Origin: Styela clava
Taxonomy: Eukaryota
Length of the DNA: 64,000 bases
Assembly: GCF_964204865.1 (NCBI RefSeq)
Contig: NC_135263.1
Span: 4,712,001-4,776,000, forward strand
Reading direction: 5' to 3'
Positions 61,504-64,000 of this stretch are shown here, one piece after another. The position numbers were made by a program, and so were the translations under genes. Position 1 is the first letter of the stretch, and each line of letters starts with the position of its first letter. The notes beneath the pieces are model-generated. The model ran no database searches, was not told the DNA's origin, and worked only from the letters and a program-made list of their open reading frames with translations.

Positions 61504-62588
61504 CAGTGGTTCCCAACCGCCGGTCCGCGAAAAATTTCGTTGTTTGTATATGATCGTCTCAATCGCTTTACCGAAGACGAAGTTGCATTGTTTATTACGC
61601 AATTTCTCTTCCTCCGTCATATTGCGACATCTTGGCGCCGAGTAATCATACTTTTCGCTTTTTCGGGTCTGATTCATCGCGAATACGCTCCATCAAATCT
61701 CGCAAGATTCAGAAACCTAAAAATCAGCACGCGTTCTTTTTCTGTTCTACGTGCTTATCCTGATTAATATGACCATCCGAATAAAACGTTATGCATATTT
61801 CTTCCTTTAAACCGGAAAACAGTCAGGAAGAGTATAATATGAACTTGCCTGGTACCAAGTTACCTTAGTCATTAGTCATTGTAATGTAAATTCATTTTAT
61901 TTGACGCATCGATCAACTCCAGAGTGATATGACGAACCCGATGAAAAAGCTTGATTAAAATTGTGATTCTACTTCACAGTCCAGATTCGACAAGAAACAC
62001 TGTCACAATTTTGGATATATACATCTCTTGATAACGAATACCCATCGCTAGGTAATCTGGCAATCAAACTGTTGTTCGTATTTTCAACCAGTCAATGCGT
62101 TATGCGAAAAAACGTTTTCACCAACATCAATTCGATTGCACGCCGCTGCAGAGCTACGTGTTGTATAAACTTATTTGAGGCCTCGTTAGAAATTCTATAT
62201 TGGAAACGAAACAGCAGCAAAATTCTCACTAGAGTTAATTGTGTTTGTACATAATTTGGCAAGGTACATGTTTTTTATGTGAGATGTTTTATGCTTGCTA
62301 TTCTTACGCATAATGAGTGCCCAGCACTGCATTTTATTACGCAAATATTATTTTATGCTTCACCTATTTCAATTTTGGCCGGCACATTATCTGATACTTT
62401 TTCTTCGTGTGAGATGTTTTCAAGTGAGCCTTTTTGTCTAGAAACATATTGAGTGGAGTGCCCGATATTGCATTATATAACGCAAATATATGTTATTCTT
62501 TTCTGTTCCGGTCATTTCAATTTTTTGCCGGTCCGCGATTATATTTAATTTTAGCGGTCCGCCAGGGTAGGAAGGTTGGGAACCACTG
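61504..62588 (+). mobile_element. 1.1 kb internally deleted hAT (Buster-like) element
   Basis: Perfect 15-bp TIRs cagtggttcccaacc / ggttgggaaccactg; perfect TSD cgctaggc (61496-61503, 62589-62596); transposase remnant FWIYTSLDNEYPSLGNLAIKLLFVFSTS at ~62010-62095. Confidence 0.9.
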
Positions 62589-62869
62589 CGCTAGGCAATC
62601 ACGCCGCCCAAAATATCCCAGATACCTTTTTGGAAAAGACCATGAAAAAAAAAGGTCGATTATTATCACGAATCCGGTATTTGTCCGCCTTCTCGCCGTA
62701 ATTCTAAATCCATGGTGTAGGGCTCTGATGGCTACAACATTTTTTCTATAAAAGGCCTCTTTACGTTTTTGTAATGAAATACGGCCATCAGTGATACCGA
62801 AGTGTTTATGAGTTATGCTTATTCGAAGAAATGGTTTATATATAATATACGTCATTCCGCCTGAAACTT

Positions 62870-63211
62870 AGGATAGGATATGATTTACATATTTGTACCG
62901 GCGGAGAGGAAAGGTAATAAGACGGCCTAATCATTTGGCGAACCACGGCCTCTCGTCCGGTTACCAGTCCAGGTCGGGTATGAGATCAGTTAGCCAGTTA
63001 TTTGTTTTCGGAAGCATGGACTTGATGGTAGAAGAAGCCGTAACCGACCAGTGGTCACTTGAACCATCCTACGGCGGCGAGGAGTCCAGCAATCCTCTCG
63101 CACATGATCATCTCCGCATGGGATTCGAACCTGCGATCCCACGAAGGGTAATCAGAGTTGCGGTGGCGAGCGTATTCCTAACGCTTAGCACAATGCGCCA
63201 CACCGCCGAGC
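62870..63211 (-). mobile_element. tRNA-derived SINE, near full length
   Basis: Minus strand begins gctcggcggtgTGGCGCATTGTGctaagcg (A-box-like), has GGTTCGAATCCC (B box) and ends in a tatcc tail; 3-4 further copies in the window. Confidence 0.8.
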
Positions 63212-63443
63212 ATTTCATGAAATGTTAAAATTCATAAGAATTGACTGACTGGTGGCCATTTTTTGAAATCGAATATACAGTCAGGGCACTGGGAATCGAT
63301 ACCCTGTTTCTTTGGAAATTACCATAAGTCGGAATAAACATTACCTACACGGCATATGTTTACTCTTCTTATTATCTCGTGTGTATTACTAAATCTTGTG
63401 CCGCAACGGACAACAAGGTTTATTTATATTTTATTTCACGCAG

Positions 63444-63675
63444 AACTGACGTTTCGTCAGACCAATGACATATAACAACATGATGCGCAACTGCGGCTTT
63501 TTCTGCCGGAGATCGTATTCGACAGCACGCTTCAGTGCACATACTTTGTGCCTCTAGAACGAGTGGCTGTATCGCCACCAAGGCATTTAGAGATGGAGCC
63601 TGTGCCTGCTTTAACGGTCGTTGTCGATTTTGATAATGTTTTAGAAAGTGGAGTTGGGAAGGAAATCGCAAGAAC
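63444..63675 (+). other. Possible exon of an unidentified gene
   Basis: GC-richer segment bounded by acceptor 'ttttatttcacgcag' and donor 'gtaagt'; open frame ending MEPVPALTVVVDFDNVLESGVGKEIAR. No family recognised. Confidence 0.3.
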
Positions 63676-64000
63676 GTAAGTAAATACAATTTTTGTATCC
63701 TACATAACCTACCGGCCTGGTATCACACTACCAAGTGCCTGTGCTGCTAATACCATAGACCTACTAGTTGCTCATTTCTGCATTTGCCAAAATTGCTTTT
63801 ATTTTGAATGAGAGGCTGACCCCTGGATGTTTCAAATAGTAGTTTATGTAGATGTTAAGTAATGTTAAGGCAGGAATTATATACGGTACTTGTTTATTCG
63901 GGAAAATTGCTTTTTAGGCTGACTTGCAATAGTTTATGTAAACATATTTATATTAGTGCTGCATCCTAAAACTAACTAGCCTAAATGGGTAATATCAGTT

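Noticed and set aside
63110-63211. Possible tRNA gene
   Set aside because: No proper cloverleaf or acceptor stem; it is the head of a repeated SINE.

Overview
AT-rich eukaryotic (metazoan) genomic DNA with GT-AG introns. An invertebrate chordate such as an ascidian is plausible from the compact layout and chordate-like proteins, but that is inference. Left to right: (1) the 5' five coding exons of a PPP1R16/MYPT3-TIMAP-type ankyrin PP1 regulator on the minus strand, continuing off the window start; (2) a divergent 12-exon RRS1 gene whose 3' UTR folds into an extensive multibranch structure; (3) a ~20 kb block of genes with uninterrupted CDSs: spartin paralog A (-), symplekin (+), NELF-A (+), a ~3.2 kb tandem duplication giving a 5'-truncated NELF-A, YAE1 (+) and spartin paralog B (-); (4) a transposon nest with an apparently intact 4.2 kb PIF/Harbinger element (spliced DDE transposase plus convergent spliced MADF-BESS gene, perfect TIRs, TTA TSD) inside a hAT element. 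Introns and intergenic DNA carry many hAT MITEs with 8-bp TSDs, a TTAGGG-containing MITE family, a tRNA-derived SINE and a decayed LINE. Exon models were assembled by eye from splice sites, frame continuity and recalled family motifs; no database search was run.
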